Assembly (NCBI GenBank): GCA_034006035.1
Contig: JAVETN010000003.1
Location: 74,472 to 138,471, forward strand
Reading direction: 5' to 3'
Origin: Desulforegulaceae bacterium
GTDB lineage: Bacteria > Desulfobacterota > Desulfobacteria > Desulfobacterales > JACKCP01
Length of the DNA stretch: 64,000 nucleotides
Shown: positions 8,654 to 18,757 of the stretch, one piece after another
Numbering within the stretch: the stretch's first letter is position 1
Layout: every line of letters begins with the position of its first letter
Made by a program: the position numbers and the translations under genes
The notes under the pieces: model-generated
What the model was told of the DNA's origin: nothing
The model's input: the letters and a program-made list of their open reading frames with translations, nothing else
Databases searched by the model: none

Positions 8654-10060
8654 TTATTTTCCTATGCAAAAATTGCTAAAAACTCGATCCAATATATCGG
8701 GAGAAACAAGTTCACCTATGATTTCTGAACATAAATCAATACAGGTTTTTAAATCATAAGAAATCAGTTCGATATCATAATTATCATTGACAGAAGAAGA
8801 TATTAAACTGACCTTAGAATTCAATTTCTTTAAAACTGAATATTGCCTTTTATTTGGAACAAGATATGAATCAGAGGAAGTAAAATTTTTTCCAAAATAA
8901 TGAACTATTTTATTTTTAAGTTCATCAATTCCTTTGTTTTCTTTTGCGGAGATATACAATGGCTGATTTTTTTCAGTTAAAAATGTTCCACGTGAAACAT
9001 CTTTGCCAAAAAGATCTATTTTATTTACAACAAGAATAAAAGGGTAATTCTTAATTTCTTGAAACAACTTATCTGTTTCAGGATAAAATGGCTCAGACCC
9101 GTCAATCAAAAAAATAATTAAATCTGATTTTTCTAGAAGCTCTCTTGATTTTAAAACCCCTATTTTTTCAATTTCATTATCAGTTTCTCTTATCCCGGCA
9201 GTATCTGATAAAACTAAAGGAAACCCATCCAAATTTAAAGCCTCTTCAATTATATCCCTTGTTGTTCCCGGAATTGATGTAACTATAGCTCTTTCCTTTG
9301 AAATAAGTTTATTTAAAAGGCTTGATTTTCCCGCATTTGGAGGACCTGCAATTGTAATTTTATACCCATCTCTTACCTGATGACAATTATCATAATTTAA
9401 AATTAGAGATCCTATCTCTTTTTTTATTTCGTTTATAGTTTTTAAAAAAAGAGAATGATCAAAATATTCATCTATATCATCTGGAAAATCCACAAAAGCT
9501 ATAATATTTGCTTCTATATCTATTAATTTATTTCTTGCTTCAATTATTTTTTCTTTTAATTCTCCACTGGAAAGGCTGGCTGCAATTCTATGGGAAGCTT
9601 CGCTTGAAGAATTAATTATATCCATTACAGATTCAGCTTTGGTAAGATCTATCCTCCCATTTAAAAAAGCTCGTTTAGTAAACTCACCAGGAGCAGCAGG
9701 CTCAGATCCTGAATTTAAAACAAGAGATAAAATTTTATCAAGAACAAATTTTCCTGAATGGGAATGAATTTCAACAATATCTTCCCTGGTATATGAATAG
9801 GGTGATTTCATAAAAACAATCAAAACCTCATCAATAACAAATTCTAAATGAGGATCTATTATAAAACCATGGTAAAGATATCTGTATTTAAGAGCTTCCA
9901 TTTTAAGAGATAAAAACTTTTTATCGGCTTTTCTTTTAAATAAAGAAAGGCCAATATCAAAAGCATTAAAACCTGAAACTCTTATTATACCAATCCCACC
10001 GTTTCCCGGCGGAGTTGATATAGCTGCTATTGTATTGTTATTTGAAAATGAATTTATCAT
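8654..10060 (-). CDS. mnmE: tRNA modification GTPase MnmE (TrmE)
   Basis: TIAAISTPPGNGGIGIIRVSG at the N-terminus, G-domain GPPNAGKSSLLN / DTAGIRET / NKID, and the C-terminal CIGK. I chose the ATG at 10060 (MINSF...) because the longer TTG-initiated ORF would run through the hairpin at 10075-10105. Confidence 0.9.
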   Translation of the reverse strand: MINSFSNNNTIAAISTPPGNGGIGIIRVSGFNAFDIGLSLFKRKADKKFLSLKMEALKYRYLYHGFIIDPHLEFVIDEVLIVFMKSPYSYTREDIVEIHSHSGKFVLDKILSLVLNSGSEPAAPGEFTKRAFLNGRIDLTKAESVMDIINSSSEASHRIAASLSSGELKEKIIEARNKLIDIEANIIAFVDFPDDIDEYFDHSLFLKTINEIKKEIGSLILNYDNCHQVRDGYKITIAGPPNAGKSSLLNKLISKERAIVTSIPGTTRDIIEEALNLDGFPLVLSDTAGIRETDNEIEKIGVLKSRELLEKSDLIIFLIDGSEPFYPETDKLFQEIKNYPFILVVNKIDLFGKDVSRGTFLTEKNQPLYISAKENKGIDELKNKIVHYFGKNFTSSDSYLVPNKRQYSVLKKLNSKVSLISSSVNDNYDIELISYDLKTCIDLCSEIIGELVSPDILDRVFSNFCIGK

Positions 10061-10074
10061 TGGATGAGATTCAA

Positions 10075-10105
10075 AACCGGAGTTTATAAATACAAAACTC
10101 CGGTT
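10075..10105 (-). terminator. 11-bp stem hairpin between jag and mnmE (terminator or attenuator)
   Basis: AACCGGAGTTT (10075-10085) pairs with AAACTCCGGTT (10095-10105). On the minus strand the stem runs into TTTTGAAT. Confidence 0.4.
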
Positions 10106-10112
10106 CAATTCT

Positions 10113-11045
10113 TTATCTGTTTTTGGAAGTACGTGGTTTACCCTTTGGTCTTCTAGATGGAAAAACCACGAGTTTTCTATAATAACCTTCGCCCATACTC
10201 TGGGTTCTTACACGTCTATCGTCTCTTAAAGCTATATGAATAAATCTTCTTTCATAGGCTGACAATTGACCTATGGTGGCAGGCTTTCCTGTTTTTTTAA
10301 CCTTATCTGCATACCTTAGAGCAATTGAATAAAGATTTTGCTTTCTTCTCTCAAGATAATCTTCAATATCAATAAGAACTCTTACTCTGCCTTCAGATAT
10401 TTTATTTACAATCTTGTCTATAATAAATTGCATCGCTTCAAGATTTTGCCCTTTTTTACCAATAATAACACCGGGATTTTCTGCTTTTAAATTATATAAT
10501 ACTTCATTTTCTCTTATTTCCGGAGAAATTTCAAAACTATCACTTAGTAAAATAAGAATTTTTTCCAGAGCTTCTCTTCCTTTTTCTACGGCATCTTCAG
10601 ATATTTCCAAGGGAAAAGAGTCGTTTTTATCTTCTTTGGAACTAACAAAAACCTCTTTAATTTCTTCTGATTTTACTATTGTTTTTTCTTTTTCAATTGC
10701 AGATTTTTCAGATGAAATTTCATGGACAATTTTAGTTTCGTCCTTTTTAATTTCTTCCTTTGCCTTTTTATCAGGTTTTGGAAAATATGGTTTCTTTTTT
10801 TCTTTAGGTTTGCCCGATGAAAAAGCTTCATCCACAAGAGAAGAGATGTTTTCTTCTGATTTATCAGAAGAAACTTTAATTCTTATTTTCGCTTTTTTAA
10901 CTCCTATCAAACCAAATAGTAAACCTTTATTTCCGTACTCAACAACTTCATAATCCAACTTATCTGCTGAAACACTAAGATCTTTTAAAGCTGCTTCGAT
11001 TGCTGATTCAACATCTTTGCCTTCATATTCCTTATGAATAGCCAT
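10113..11045 (-). CDS. jag: Jag/KhpB RNA-binding protein (Jag_N, KH and R3H domains)
   Basis: KH-like GVIIGKKGQNLEAMQFI and R3H ERRFIHIALRDD. The start is set at MAIHKEY, which has GGAGG 5 nt upstream. The position after yidC is conserved. Confidence 0.85.
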   Translation of the reverse strand: MAIHKEYEGKDVESAIEAALKDLSVSADKLDYEVVEYGNKGLLFGLIGVKKAKIRIKVSSDKSEENISSLVDEAFSSGKPKEKKKPYFPKPDKKAKEEIKKDETKIVHEISSEKSAIEKEKTIVKSEEIKEVFVSSKEDKNDSFPLEISEDAVEKGREALEKILILLSDSFEISPEIRENEVLYNLKAENPGVIIGKKGQNLEAMQFIIDKIVNKISEGRVRVLIDIEDYLERRKQNLYSIALRYADKVKKTGKPATIGQLSAYERRFIHIALRDDRRVRTQSMGEGYYRKLVVFPSRRPKGKPRTSKNR

Positions 11046-11059
11046 AAAAACCTCCATCA

Positions 11060-12748
11060 TCATTTAGAAAGGAAACGGGATACATAATATTGCTGCCCCA
11101 TTGTGAAAAGATTGTTAACAAGCATATAAAGAACAAGCCCTGCAGGGAGATTAACAAAAATCACAGTTATAAAAATCGGCATAAAAAGCATTATTTTAGC
11201 CTGGGTGGGATCTCCCCCGGTAGGTGTCATTTTCTGCTGTAAAAACATTGATGCACCCATTACAATGGTAAGGAGAGGTAATCCATAAGGCTCCTTCATA
11301 AAAGGGATGGCAAAATTTAAATCAAATAATCTGTCAGGGGCTGACAAATCCTGAATCCACAGCATAAAAGGCGCATGTCTTAACTCAATAGCACTGAACA
11401 ACATTCTGTAAAGCCCAAAAAATATAGGAATCTGAACCAGAATAGGCAAACAGCCGCTAAGGGGATTTACTTTATAAGTTTTATATAAACTCATAACTTC
11501 CTGGTTCATTCTTTGTTTATCGTTTTGATATTTCTCTCTTATTTCCTTCATAAGAGGTTGGATTTTTTTCATTTGCTCCATTGATTTTGCACTTTTGGTT
11601 CCAAGAGGCCAAAAGATTATCTTAACAAGAAGGGTAAGCATAATTATGGAAACCCCATAGTTTGGAATAACCTTATAAATATAATTTAAAACCCATAAAC
11701 AAGGCTTGGAAATTGCGTCAAAAAAACCAAAATCAACTGATTTTTCCAGTTTAAAACCGGCAGATTTTAAAATATCCATTCTTTTCGGCCCAGAATAAAA
11801 ATGATATTTAAATATTTTTTTCTCTCCATTCTGAAGACTGAAAGGGTTTGAAATAAAATCAGCTTTTATATATTCTTTTTTAGAACCAGAGTATTTATCT
11901 TTAAGAATTGAAAAATCACAAATTATACTTTCATCAAAATCAGGAATAACTGCTGTTATGAAATAAATAGACTCCAAAGCTCCCCATTCAATTTTTGAAT
12001 TAAAATTACCTTCTTCGTCAAGTTTTTTGATTTTTATATGATCAAGATTGTTATTTCTGTAAACAGAAGGCCCAACAAACCCTATCTGCCTTGCCTCAGG
12101 CTTTTCAGAGTTAATTGAAACAATAAGCTGGTTTGAAAAAGGATAGCCTGTATTATTTATTAAATCTATTTCACAATCAAAAAGATAAGAATCTTTATAA
12201 AATACATATTTTTTTCTTATCGTAAAACCTGATTCTGTCTGATATTCAAAAACTAAGTCTAGTTTATTTGAAGAAAAATGTATTTCCCCGGGATTTTGCT
12301 TTGAATAAAAATTGGATTTTTTTAAATCTAATCCTGTTCCTGATTTAAGTTCAGTAAAAAAACTACCTGAAAGAAAATCATTATCTATCATTTCCTTGAA
12401 ATTAGAACTTTCTCCATTAATTTCTTTATAATTTTTAAGCCTTAAGCTCGTGAGCTTTGCTCCAACACTTGATAATTCTGCAATGTAATTATCTGTTTCA
12501 ATGACATATTTTTTTTCATCAACAGGAAGACTTCTTATTATATTCTTTGTTTCTTCAGCACCTAAGTTGTCTTTTATATTATAAAATTTATTTTCATTTA
12601 CTTTATTATCAATATTGTCTTGGGTTGTGTTGTTTTCTAGAAACGCTGTATTTTCTGAAGGAAGATGATTTTTAGTATAAAAATAATTCCATCCGAAAAA
12701 AACAATAAAAGATAAAACTACAGCGATTAAAAGACGAAGCTGTTCCAT
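11060..12748 (-). CDS. yidC: Membrane protein insertase YidC
   Basis: N-terminal TM, a large periplasmic domain, and the C-terminal 60-kDa insertase core (WPLGTKSAKSMEQMKKIQP...NPLSGCLPILVQIPIFFGLY). Confidence 0.93.
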   Translation of the reverse strand: MEQLRLLIAVVLSFIVFFGWNYFYTKNHLPSENTAFLENNTTQDNIDNKVNENKFYNIKDNLGAEETKNIIRSLPVDEKKYVIETDNYIAELSSVGAKLTSLRLKNYKEINGESSNFKEMIDNDFLSGSFFTELKSGTGLDLKKSNFYSKQNPGEIHFSSNKLDLVFEYQTESGFTIRKKYVFYKDSYLFDCEIDLINNTGYPFSNQLIVSINSEKPEARQIGFVGPSVYRNNNLDHIKIKKLDEEGNFNSKIEWGALESIYFITAVIPDFDESIICDFSILKDKYSGSKKEYIKADFISNPFSLQNGEKKIFKYHFYSGPKRMDILKSAGFKLEKSVDFGFFDAISKPCLWVLNYIYKVIPNYGVSIIMLTLLVKIIFWPLGTKSAKSMEQMKKIQPLMKEIREKYQNDKQRMNQEVMSLYKTYKVNPLSGCLPILVQIPIFFGLYRMLFSAIELRHAPFMLWIQDLSAPDRLFDLNFAIPFMKEPYGLPLLTIVMGASMFLQQKMTPTGGDPTQAKIMLFMPIFITVIFVNLPAGLVLYMLVNNLFTMGQQYYVSRFLSK

Positions 12749-12790
12749 ATTTCCTCATCAAAATTTTTTAAAGTTTTAATTAAACAATCC

Positions 12791-13003
12791 TTATAAAAGA
12801 GGATCATACCCTCCTGGATGAAAAGGATTGCATTTCAGTATTCGTTTTAAAGACAAAAACAAACCCTTCAATATTCCGTATTTTTCTATAGCCTGATATG
12901 AATAGGCAGAGCAGCTTGGACAAAACCTGCAATTGTCCCCTAAGTAAGGAGAGATTGCCAACTGGTAAAAACGTATCAGAAAAAGAAAAACTTTCTTAAT
13001 CAT
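12791..13003 (-). CDS. yidD: Membrane protein insertion efficiency factor YidD
   Basis: [36 protein letters not shown]. The start at MIKK overlaps the rnpA stop (ATGATTAA). Confidence 0.85.
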   Translation of the reverse strand: MIKKVFLFLIRFYQLAISPYLGDNCRFCPSCSAYSYQAIEKYGILKGLFLSLKRILKCNPFHPGGYDPLL

Positions 13004-13358
13004 TTTTAAGTTTACCTGTTTTTTTAAAAAGAATAAAAAGAGATTTGAATATTTCTTTGGAATCCTTGAAAGAAGCACTTTTCTTGGCTATTATATTTAT
13101 ATCTGGAATAGATTGCAATGAGTGTTGATTAAGCCTCCAATATTCCCTGACAAGACGTTTTATTCTGTTTCTCTCAACAGAATTACCTACTTTTTTAGAC
13201 ACAGTAATACCTATCCTGCCTAAATCAGATTTTTTGTCTTTTTTTCCATAAACACCGATAAAGTGTTTGGAATGACTGACACTTCCAATATTTGCAAGTT
13301 TCAAAAACTCTTGTCTTTTTAAAAGACGCCGGGATTTGTCAAATTTATATTCTGCCAA
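12996..13358 (-). CDS. rnpA: Ribonuclease P protein component
   Basis: 120 aa, basic, with [11 protein letters not shown]...[23 protein letters not shown] (RNR motif). Located downstream of rpmH. Confidence 0.9.
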   Translation of the reverse strand: MAEYKFDKSRRLLKRQEFLKLANIGSVSHSKHFIGVYGKKDKKSDLGRIGITVSKKVGNSVERNRIKRLVREYWRLNQHSLQSIPDINIIAKKSASFKDSKEIFKSLFILFKKTGKLKND

Positions 13359-13404
13359 AAGTATATCTTTAAATATTTAAATTTTTAGCTTCAGATATAA
13401 GAAA

Positions 13405-13432
13405 ACTGGTACCTTTGAATAAAAATACCAGT
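13405..13432 (-). terminator. Hairpin between rpmH and rnpA (partial terminator or attenuator)
   Basis: ACTGGTA (13405-13411) pairs with TACCAGT (13426-13432). On the minus strand it is followed by TTTCTT. Confidence 0.3.
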
Positions 13433-13449
13433 TAGTAATTTTTTAATTA

Positions 13450-13584
13450 TTAGGCTGATAGTTTTCTACGACCTTTAGATCTTCTTCTTCTTATAATAGC
13501 CCTTCCACCGACTGTAGACATTCTACGTCTAAATCCATGTCTTCTTACTCTTTTAATTTTGCTGGGCTGAAATGTACGTTTCAT
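13450..13584 (-). CDS. rpmH: 50S ribosomal protein L34
   Basis: My own translation of the minus strand gives [44 protein letters not shown] (44 aa). It is absent from the ORF track only because of the 60-aa cutoff. Confidence 0.93.
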   Translation of the reverse strand: MKRTFQPSKIKRVRRHGFRRRMSTVGGRAIIRRRRSKGRRKLSA

Positions 13585-13718
13585 AATTAAATTTCCTTGT
13601 AATTTCTAATATTTGTTAAATTTAAACTATTTATTATCTACATTAACCTGAACAAATAAACACAATATATTAGATTTGTCAATTTTTTCCATCTGATAAA
13701 TTAAAATATCTTATAAAT

Positions 13719-15278
13719 CTAATAAGATTCAGGTTTTCTCAAATTTTCTATTATATCAAATTGCTCTCTGAAATAATTAGAAACAGGATAAACAACAACA
13801 GGCTTATCTGTAAAATCTTCTATAATCTGAAGAATCTTAGCTTCCTCTCCATGGAGAAGTGATGCTATTTCAGGATTGCATCTTATTGTAAAAGATTCTC
13901 CTGTCATATCCACAGATTTTCTTTTCACATCCCTTACAATATTATAACATATTGTTTTTCCTGAATTTAAAAATCCTCTTCCCTCACAATATTGACAATC
14001 TTGACAAAGAGTAGAATTAAGAGACTTTCTCTCTCTTTTCCTTGTCATCTGAATAAGTCCAAGTTCTGTCATTGGAACAATATATGTTTTTGTTTTATCT
14101 TTTTTCAAAGCTTCTTTTAAAGCTCTGAAAACCCTTTCCTGGTTTTCTATTTCTTCCATATCAATAAAATCTACAATTATTATTCCGCAAAGATTTCTAA
14201 GCCTTACCTGGTATGCAATTTCTTTAACAGCTTCAAGATTTGTTTTAAGAATTGTTTGTTCAAAATTATGTTTTCCTACATATCTTCCGGTATTAACATC
14301 AATTGCAACTAAAGCTTCGGTATGCTCAATTATTATATATCCACCTGATTTAAGCCATACTTTTTTTTTTAATGCTCTTTGGATATCAATTTCAATATTA
14401 TAGGCATCAAAAATAGGCTCTTTTCCTTGAAAGAGTTCAACTTTTACAGGAAAATCCACCATATGCTTTTTTAAAAAACTTTTTACAGCTTTATAACCGT
14501 CTTTTATATCAATAACAACTTTGTTTACTTCGTGGGTAAGAAGATCTCTTACTGCTCTTAAAGTTACTGAAAGATCTCGGTGAAGACATACAGGAGCAGA
14601 TTTTGTTTTATTTTTTTCAACAACGGATTTCCATAATTTTTCAAGAAATTTCATTTCCCTTATAATGGATTCTTCCTCTATACCTTCAGCTGCTGTTCTT
14701 AAAATAAATCCATAATTATTAATTCTTTCTGATTCAATAATTTTTTTAAGCCTTTCCCTTTCAGAAGGCTCTCCTATTCTTCTTGAAATACCTATGTGAT
14801 TTATAGTGGGCATGAGTACTAGATAACGTCCTGGTATTGAAATATGAGTTGTAACTCTGGCTCCCTTGGTTCCCATAGGACCTTTGGATACCTGAACAAC
14901 AATTTCCTGGCCTTCACTTAATACAGACTGAATTTGAAAACTTTTTTCTTCATGACCTGAAACACCATAACCACTAGAGTCTTCAGTTTCATCTGTTAAG
15001 TCACCACTGAATTTTTCTAAAAAATCTTCACTTTCCAAGTTTAAGTTATCTGTCTGGACAACATCATCCACATAAAGAAATGCAGCTTTATCAAGTCCTA
15101 CTTCAACAAAAGCCGCCTGCATTCCTGGAAGCACTCTTTGTATCTTACCCTTGTAGATACTTCCGACAATGTTTTCGTCAATCCCCCTTTCAATAAAAAG
15201 TTCTGATAAAACACCGTTTTCAAGAAGAGCTACTCTTGTTTCATGCAAAGATGCATTAATAATAAGCTCTTTTTCCAT
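13719..15278 (-). CDS. rng: Ribonuclease G/E family endoribonuclease (Rng/CafA)
   Basis: S1 domain (GSIYKGKIQRVLPGMQAAFVEVG) and the RNase E/G catalytic core (ALVAIDVNTGRYVG, IIIVDFIDM). Confidence 0.88.
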   Translation of the reverse strand: MEKELIINASLHETRVALLENGVLSELFIERGIDENIVGSIYKGKIQRVLPGMQAAFVEVGLDKAAFLYVDDVVQTDNLNLESEDFLEKFSGDLTDETEDSSGYGVSGHEEKSFQIQSVLSEGQEIVVQVSKGPMGTKGARVTTHISIPGRYLVLMPTINHIGISRRIGEPSERERLKKIIESERINNYGFILRTAAEGIEEESIIREMKFLEKLWKSVVEKNKTKSAPVCLHRDLSVTLRAVRDLLTHEVNKVVIDIKDGYKAVKSFLKKHMVDFPVKVELFQGKEPIFDAYNIEIDIQRALKKKVWLKSGGYIIIEHTEALVAIDVNTGRYVGKHNFEQTILKTNLEAVKEIAYQVRLRNLCGIIIVDFIDMEEIENQERVFRALKEALKKDKTKTYIVPMTELGLIQMTRKRERKSLNSTLCQDCQYCEGRGFLNSGKTICYNIVRDVKRKSVDMTGESFTIRCNPEIASLLHGEEAKILQIIEDFTDKPVVVYPVSNYFREQFDIIENLRKPESY

Positions 15279-17803
15279 TAAACTTTATCCATTTCTTTAA
15301 TTTTGTATATTTTTAAATTTCTTATTTTTTCTTTGTCTAAATTCAAAAAATGATTTAAAAAAATATCAGGTCGCAGTGTCTTACCATTTTCAGATAAAAT
15401 TTTCATTTTAATTTTACCTGTATCTACTATTTTTACTTGTTCAAACCATTTTTTCAAATCATAATTTCTTGGTTTTTTCTTTTTCAAAAGAGTTATTTCA
15501 AAAGAATTTAACAAATTAAATTCTTTTATCTTATCTGAATAAATATCAGCATTTCTTAAATTGACTTCATAAACAGATAAGGAATGTGGATAAAATTTAT
15601 ATTTTTTTTCCACTTTTTCAATATTTTTAATTAAAAGACCCTGGGGAAGAGTTTTGTTAAGATTTAGAAACAGGCTTTCAATATCCATATCATAACAATC
15701 CACAGTCATTAATTCGCCATAGCTTTCCATTCCAAGGGGCAGGGCATCTTTGAAGGTCATTTTCGGTTTAGGATGAAATCCTTTGGAAAAATCAAACTTC
15801 ATTTTGGATCTGTCAAAAGCACGCTGGAAAATTCCAACAATTTCCAAATGACCAAAGTAAGCAGCATTTCCAAGTTTTTCAAACAAAACTTTTAACTTTA
15901 AAATTTTATTTTTATCAGTTTGTTCTAAATGAACGTTTTTATAAAAATCATGGGAAATTCCTGGCTTGTCAAAAACTTTTGGGTAAATATTTTTAAAATC
16001 ACATACCCCGCATTGGTTGCATTCACTGATTCTACAGTCCTGGGTGACAATAGTATTTTTTGAATTGTACAATTCTTTTAAAAGATATTCTTTTGTTACC
16101 CCTGTATCTATTTTATCCCAGGGAAGACTTGAATCTTCATCTCTTTTACCTGTATAAAAATCAATATCAATTCCAAGACTTTCAACAGCAGCAATCCATT
16201 TATTATAATCAAAGTGCTCAGACCATCCATCCAGATGACACCCAGATTCATAAGCCTTTACTATCAATGGAGCAAGGGTTCTGTCTCCCCTTGAAAAAAG
16301 ACCTTCAAGCCTTGAATGTTCAGGATCCTGCCATTTTAAATTAACACCCTTGATTTTTTTAAGGTTATTTTTGAGATATAAAAAATTTTCCAGGGACTCT
16401 TCACGGCTTAAAAGTTTTTCCCATTGAAAAGGTGTATGAGGTTTTGGGATAAATGTTGTAAAACTTACATTTATTTTACAATTTTTTGCTTCGGGAAGAA
16501 ATTTTAGTTTTTTAACCAACTCAACAAGTTCATCAAGATCATCTTTTGTTTCAGAAGGGAGCCCTGTCATGAAATAAAGTTTTATAATTTTCCATCCCAT
16601 ATCAAAGGCACTTTTTACAGTATTCACTATTTCTTCTTCACTTAAATCTTTGTTGATAACATCTCTTAATCTCTGAGAACCTGCTTCAGGAGCTATGGTA
16701 AACCCTGTTTTTCTTACCTTTTGAATTTCTTCCATCAAATCTTTTGTTAGTCTTCCTGCTCGTATTGATGGAAGAGAAACAGATCTTGCCTCTTTCATAT
16801 ATCTTTTCATCAGAAATAATAAAAGTTCAGGAAAACAAGTATAATCACCAGTGCTTAAAGAAAGAAGGGACAAATCTTCATAACCTGTATTTTTTATTGA
16901 TTTTTCAGCAATCTCCAAAAGTTTTTTAACACTTCTTTCCCTTACAGGCCTGTAAATCATTCCTGCCTGACAGAATCGACATCCTCTGGTGCATCCCCTG
17001 GAAATTTCAAGCCTGAGTCTATCGTGAACAGGTTTTCCATAAGGTATAATCGGTGAGACAGGAAACGGAGCGTCTTCAAGATCTTTTATTTTTCTTTTTT
17101 CAACTTTTCTATAATCAAAAAACTTACTTTCTAAAAAAAGATTTTCTTTTTTAGTATCTTCAAAAAATAAAGGCACATAAACACCTTGAATATCTTTTAT
17201 TGAGTATAAAAGATCTGATTTTTTTCTACTTTTTATTTGTTTCCATTCTATAATTTTTTCAGATACTTCAAGAATTGCCTCTTCTCCATCTCCAATAAAA
17301 ATAAAATCAAAGAAATCTGCCACAGGCTCAGGATTTACCATGCATGGGCCGCCTGCAATTACAAAAGGAAAACTTTCATCCCTTTGAGATGAGTAAAAAG
17401 GAATATCACCCAAATCCAAAATTTCAAGAATTCCTGTATAATTGAGCTCATATAAAAGAGAAAAACCAATAATATCAAAATCTTTTAAAGGTTTTTTTGT
17501 TTCAAGGCCGCCTATGGATATTTTATTTTTTTTAAGGTGCTCTTTCATGTCCGGAGATGGAACAAAAACCCTTTGAGCATAAATATCTTTATGACTATTA
17601 AGAATATCGTATAAAATTTGAATTCCAAAATGGGAAGACCCAATCTCATAAAGATCAGGAAAAGCCAGTGCAAAATTTAAAAGTATTTCTTCTTCATTTT
17701 TTTTTACCGCATTTACTTCATTTCCAAGATAGGTTCCGGGATTTTTTACATTTAGGTAAAAATTATTATATCTCATTTGTTTTTCCGTATTTTTTGATTT
17801 CAA
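15278..17803 (-). CDS. Radical SAM protein, TIGR03960-type B12-binding-like/radical SAM core fused to a DUF2344 (TIGR03936-like) C-terminal domain
   Basis: CxxxCxxC cluster as SRGCTRGCRFCQAG. 841 aa. Its stop overlaps the rng start (TAATG). The start is uncertain: TTG at 17803 or ATG at 17776. Confidence 0.8.
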   Translation of the reverse strand: MKSKNTEKQMRYNNFYLNVKNPGTYLGNEVNAVKKNEEEILLNFALAFPDLYEIGSSHFGIQILYDILNSHKDIYAQRVFVPSPDMKEHLKKNKISIGGLETKKPLKDFDIIGFSLLYELNYTGILEILDLGDIPFYSSQRDESFPFVIAGGPCMVNPEPVADFFDFIFIGDGEEAILEVSEKIIEWKQIKSRKKSDLLYSIKDIQGVYVPLFFEDTKKENLFLESKFFDYRKVEKRKIKDLEDAPFPVSPIIPYGKPVHDRLRLEISRGCTRGCRFCQAGMIYRPVRERSVKKLLEIAEKSIKNTGYEDLSLLSLSTGDYTCFPELLLFLMKRYMKEARSVSLPSIRAGRLTKDLMEEIQKVRKTGFTIAPEAGSQRLRDVINKDLSEEEIVNTVKSAFDMGWKIIKLYFMTGLPSETKDDLDELVELVKKLKFLPEAKNCKINVSFTTFIPKPHTPFQWEKLLSREESLENFLYLKNNLKKIKGVNLKWQDPEHSRLEGLFSRGDRTLAPLIVKAYESGCHLDGWSEHFDYNKWIAAVESLGIDIDFYTGKRDEDSSLPWDKIDTGVTKEYLLKELYNSKNTIVTQDCRISECNQCGVCDFKNIYPKVFDKPGISHDFYKNVHLEQTDKNKILKLKVLFEKLGNAAYFGHLEIVGIFQRAFDRSKMKFDFSKGFHPKPKMTFKDALPLGMESYGELMTVDCYDMDIESLFLNLNKTLPQGLLIKNIEKVEKKYKFYPHSLSVYEVNLRNADIYSDKIKEFNLLNSFEITLLKKKKPRNYDLKKWFEQVKIVDTGKIKMKILSENGKTLRPDIFLNHFLNLDKEKIRNLKIYKIKEMDKV

Positions 17804-17806
17804 AAC

Positions 17807-18757
17807 TTAAGCTTTATATATTCCCCTGATTGCAACCCATCCTGATTCATTATAAATTTTTTCAGGCTCTATATTAAATTCTTCCATTTTTTCTATTACC
17901 ATTTTCATTTTATCTTCAATTATTCCTGAAAATATATACCTGGTATTCTTTTGTGAAACTTTTTTCAATTCCGGGATAAGTTCAACAATTACTTCAGCAA
18001 GTATGTTTGCGGTTACAAGGTCAAATTTACCATTTACAGAATTTAAAAGATCTGAACCAAAAATATCATAGGTTGACGGATCTATTTCATTAAGTTCCAT
18101 ATTTGATTTTGAAATTTCAACAGCTGAAAGATCATTATCAATTCCTGTAACAAAAGATGCTCCGCATTTTTTGGCGGCAATCATTAAAATTCCAGAACCG
18201 CATCCTATATCAAGAACTCTATCGTTTATTTCAACAGTTTCTTCAATTAATTTAACACAAAGACTTGTTGTTTCGTGGGATCCACTTCCAAAAGCCATTC
18301 CAGGATCAATATTAATTATAATTTTATAATCCTTTTCAAGCTCTCTCCAGGTAGGTTTAATTACAATCTTTTCTGAAATTTCAACAGGATAAAAAAACTC
18401 TTTCCAGGAATTTGACCAGTCTTCTTCTAAAATTTTCCTTATTTGAAAATCAAGTTTCACATCAAAAGGTTTTAAAATATTAAAAACATCCTTTTGTATG
18501 ATTTCAATTTTTTCTGATTCTAAATTTTTAATATAGCCTGACACAGAGTAAATATCGCTTAAAACTGGATTATCACCCCATTCTTCTGTCAGCTCTACAG
18601 GAGTTTCAATTACAACCCCATTTATATTATTTTTATAAAAACAATCTGCAATTAATTCAGATATTATATCTAAATCATTTTCAGCTTCAAAAACAATTTT
18701 TAATTTTTTAAGTTTATTCATATTTTCATTCTCTGTTTTATTCTGAAATTTATTCAT
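17807..18757 (-). CDS. prmA: Ribosomal protein L11 methyltransferase
   Basis: IDPGMAFGSGSHETTSLC and VLDIGCGSGIL motifs. An alternative start lies at 18721 (MNKLKK). Confidence 0.9.
   Translation of the reverse strand: MNKFQNKTENENMNKLKKLKIVFEAENDLDIISELIADCFYKNNINGVVIETPVELTEEWGDNPVLSDIYSVSGYIKNLESEKIEIIQKDVFNILKPFDVKLDFQIRKILEEDWSNSWKEFFYPVEISEKIVIKPTWRELEKDYKIIINIDPGMAFGSGSHETTSLCVKLIEETVEINDRVLDIGCGSGILMIAAKKCGASFVTGIDNDLSAVEISKSNMELNEIDPSTYDIFGSDLLNSVNGKFDLVTANILAEVIVELIPELKKVSQKNTRYIFSGIIEDKMKMVIEKMEEFNIEPEKIYNESGWVAIRGIYKA

Noticed and set aside
10414-10953. Long antisense ORFs opposite real genes. Examples are 10414-10953 opposite jag, 22809-23327 opposite the RdgC C-half, 53335-53739 opposite the MscS-like gene, 57666-58061 opposite the acyltransferase, 46145-46480 opposite the ParA-like gene and 43490-44167 opposite the kinase.
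   Set aside because: Their translations are low-complexity Ser/Phe/Leu/Ile-rich strings. That is the expected shadow of Lys/Glu/Asn-rich AT-rich genes on the other strand. They lack SD sequences and recognisable motifs, whereas the opposite-strand proteins have clear family signatures.
12791-13358. Apparent 83-nt overlap between the 95-aa yidD ORF and rnpA, considered as a possible frameshift or fusion.
   Set aside because: The internal start MIKK at 13003 resolves it. This gives a normal ~70-aa YidD whose ATG overlaps the rnpA stop (ATGATTAA), a common arrangement.
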